A stretch of 62,116 nt of DNA, counting the filler. It is 4 parts of 4 records of this genome, joined end to end, with 100 filler letters (N's around TTAATTAATTAA, not from the genome) between each part and the next. Parts side by side here need not be neighbours in the genome. Positions count along the whole stretch, not along the records: positions 43,581 to 62,116 come from SRR22947727_3188; 3 more parts are not named here. One strand, 5' to 3'. Made by a program: the position numbers and the translations under genes. Positions 61,739 through 62,116 of this stretch are shown in pieces; within the stretch, counting starts at the first letter, position 1; each line of letters begins with the position of its first letter. The notes beneath the pieces are model-generated. The model had not been told where the DNA came from. It saw nothing but the letters and a program-made list of their open reading frames with translations, and did not search any database.

Positions 61739-62116
61739 ATGTCTAGTTTCAAAGCCCTTATGGTGCATCGTGACGAAGATAAAACCATTCGCCATGAAAT
61801 GACCGAATTACAGCATGGTGATTTGCCTGCTGATGGCGAGGTGTTGGTTGCAGTCAAATATTCAACCGTCAATTACAAGGATGGGCTGTGTCTGTCGGGT
61901 AAGGGCGGGTTGGTGCGAAATTATCCGCATATTCCGGGTATTGATTTTGCTGGCGAGGTGGTCAGCAGTTCGGACAAACGATACAAGCAAGGCGATCTTG
62001 TGGCGCTAACCGGATGGCGTGTTGGCGAAATCTGGTGGGGCGGCTATGCGCAATTTGCCAAGGTGCGTGCCGATTGGCTGGTGCCGCTGGTTGATGGGCT
62101 TGATTGCCAGCAGGCA
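61739..62116 (+). CDS. acuI: Acrylyl-CoA reductase AcuI/YhdH family, 3'-truncated (absent from ORF track)
   Basis: AAGGAG then MSSFKALMV...YSTVNYKDGL...PHIPGIDFAG...TGWRVGE..WGGYAQ..VRADWLVPL. Confidence 0.9.
   Translation, partial: MSSFKALMVHRDEDKTIRHEMTELQHGDLPADGEVLVAVKYSTVNYKDGLCLSGKGGLVRNYPHIPGIDFAGEVVSSSDKRYKQGDLVALTGWRVGEIWWGGYAQFAKVRADWLVPLVDGLDCQQA

Overview
This window is not one locus. It joins four unrelated contigs with three artificial 100-nt spacers (N-run + TTAATTAATTAA + N-run) at 17298-17397, 30378-30477 and 43481-43580. Taxonomic calls below are inferred from protein character and gene order. Contig 1 (1-17297, Rhodobacteraceae/Roseobacter-like) carries the propionyl-CoA/methylmalonyl-CoA cluster (mcm, pccA, pccB, pccR with TTTGCAAA-type sites), choline/choline-O-sulfate genes (betA, betB, inverted betI, betC), exporters and yebC. 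Contig 2 (17398-30377, marine gammaproteobacterium, OM60/NOR5-like) has an Oar-type TonB receptor, an MFS transporter, a 33-aa small ORF, nupC - 2OG-Fe(II) oxygenase - modABC, EamA, a gamma-CA family protein, a rhodanese lipoprotein, a BicA-like SulP, and an iota-carbonic-anhydrase-like (HHSS) gene end missed by the ORF track. Contig 3 (30478-43480, Microbacteriaceae-like actinobacterium) has atpBEFHA, a Sua5/TsaC homologue lacking its catalytic motifs, and a polyamine uptake/catabolism cluster. Contig 4 (43581-62116, SAR116-like alphaproteobacterium) has a Mo-hydroxylase / amidohydrolase / CoxG / ThDP-enzyme cluster, CoA-dependent catabolic genes, pyk and partial acuI. I saw no rRNA, tRNA, CRISPR array or mobile element. 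The best leads are the iota-CA + SulP module, the degenerate TsaC coupled to a polyamine operon, the orphan Mo-hydroxylase pathway, and the nucleoside-scavenging island with its small ORF.
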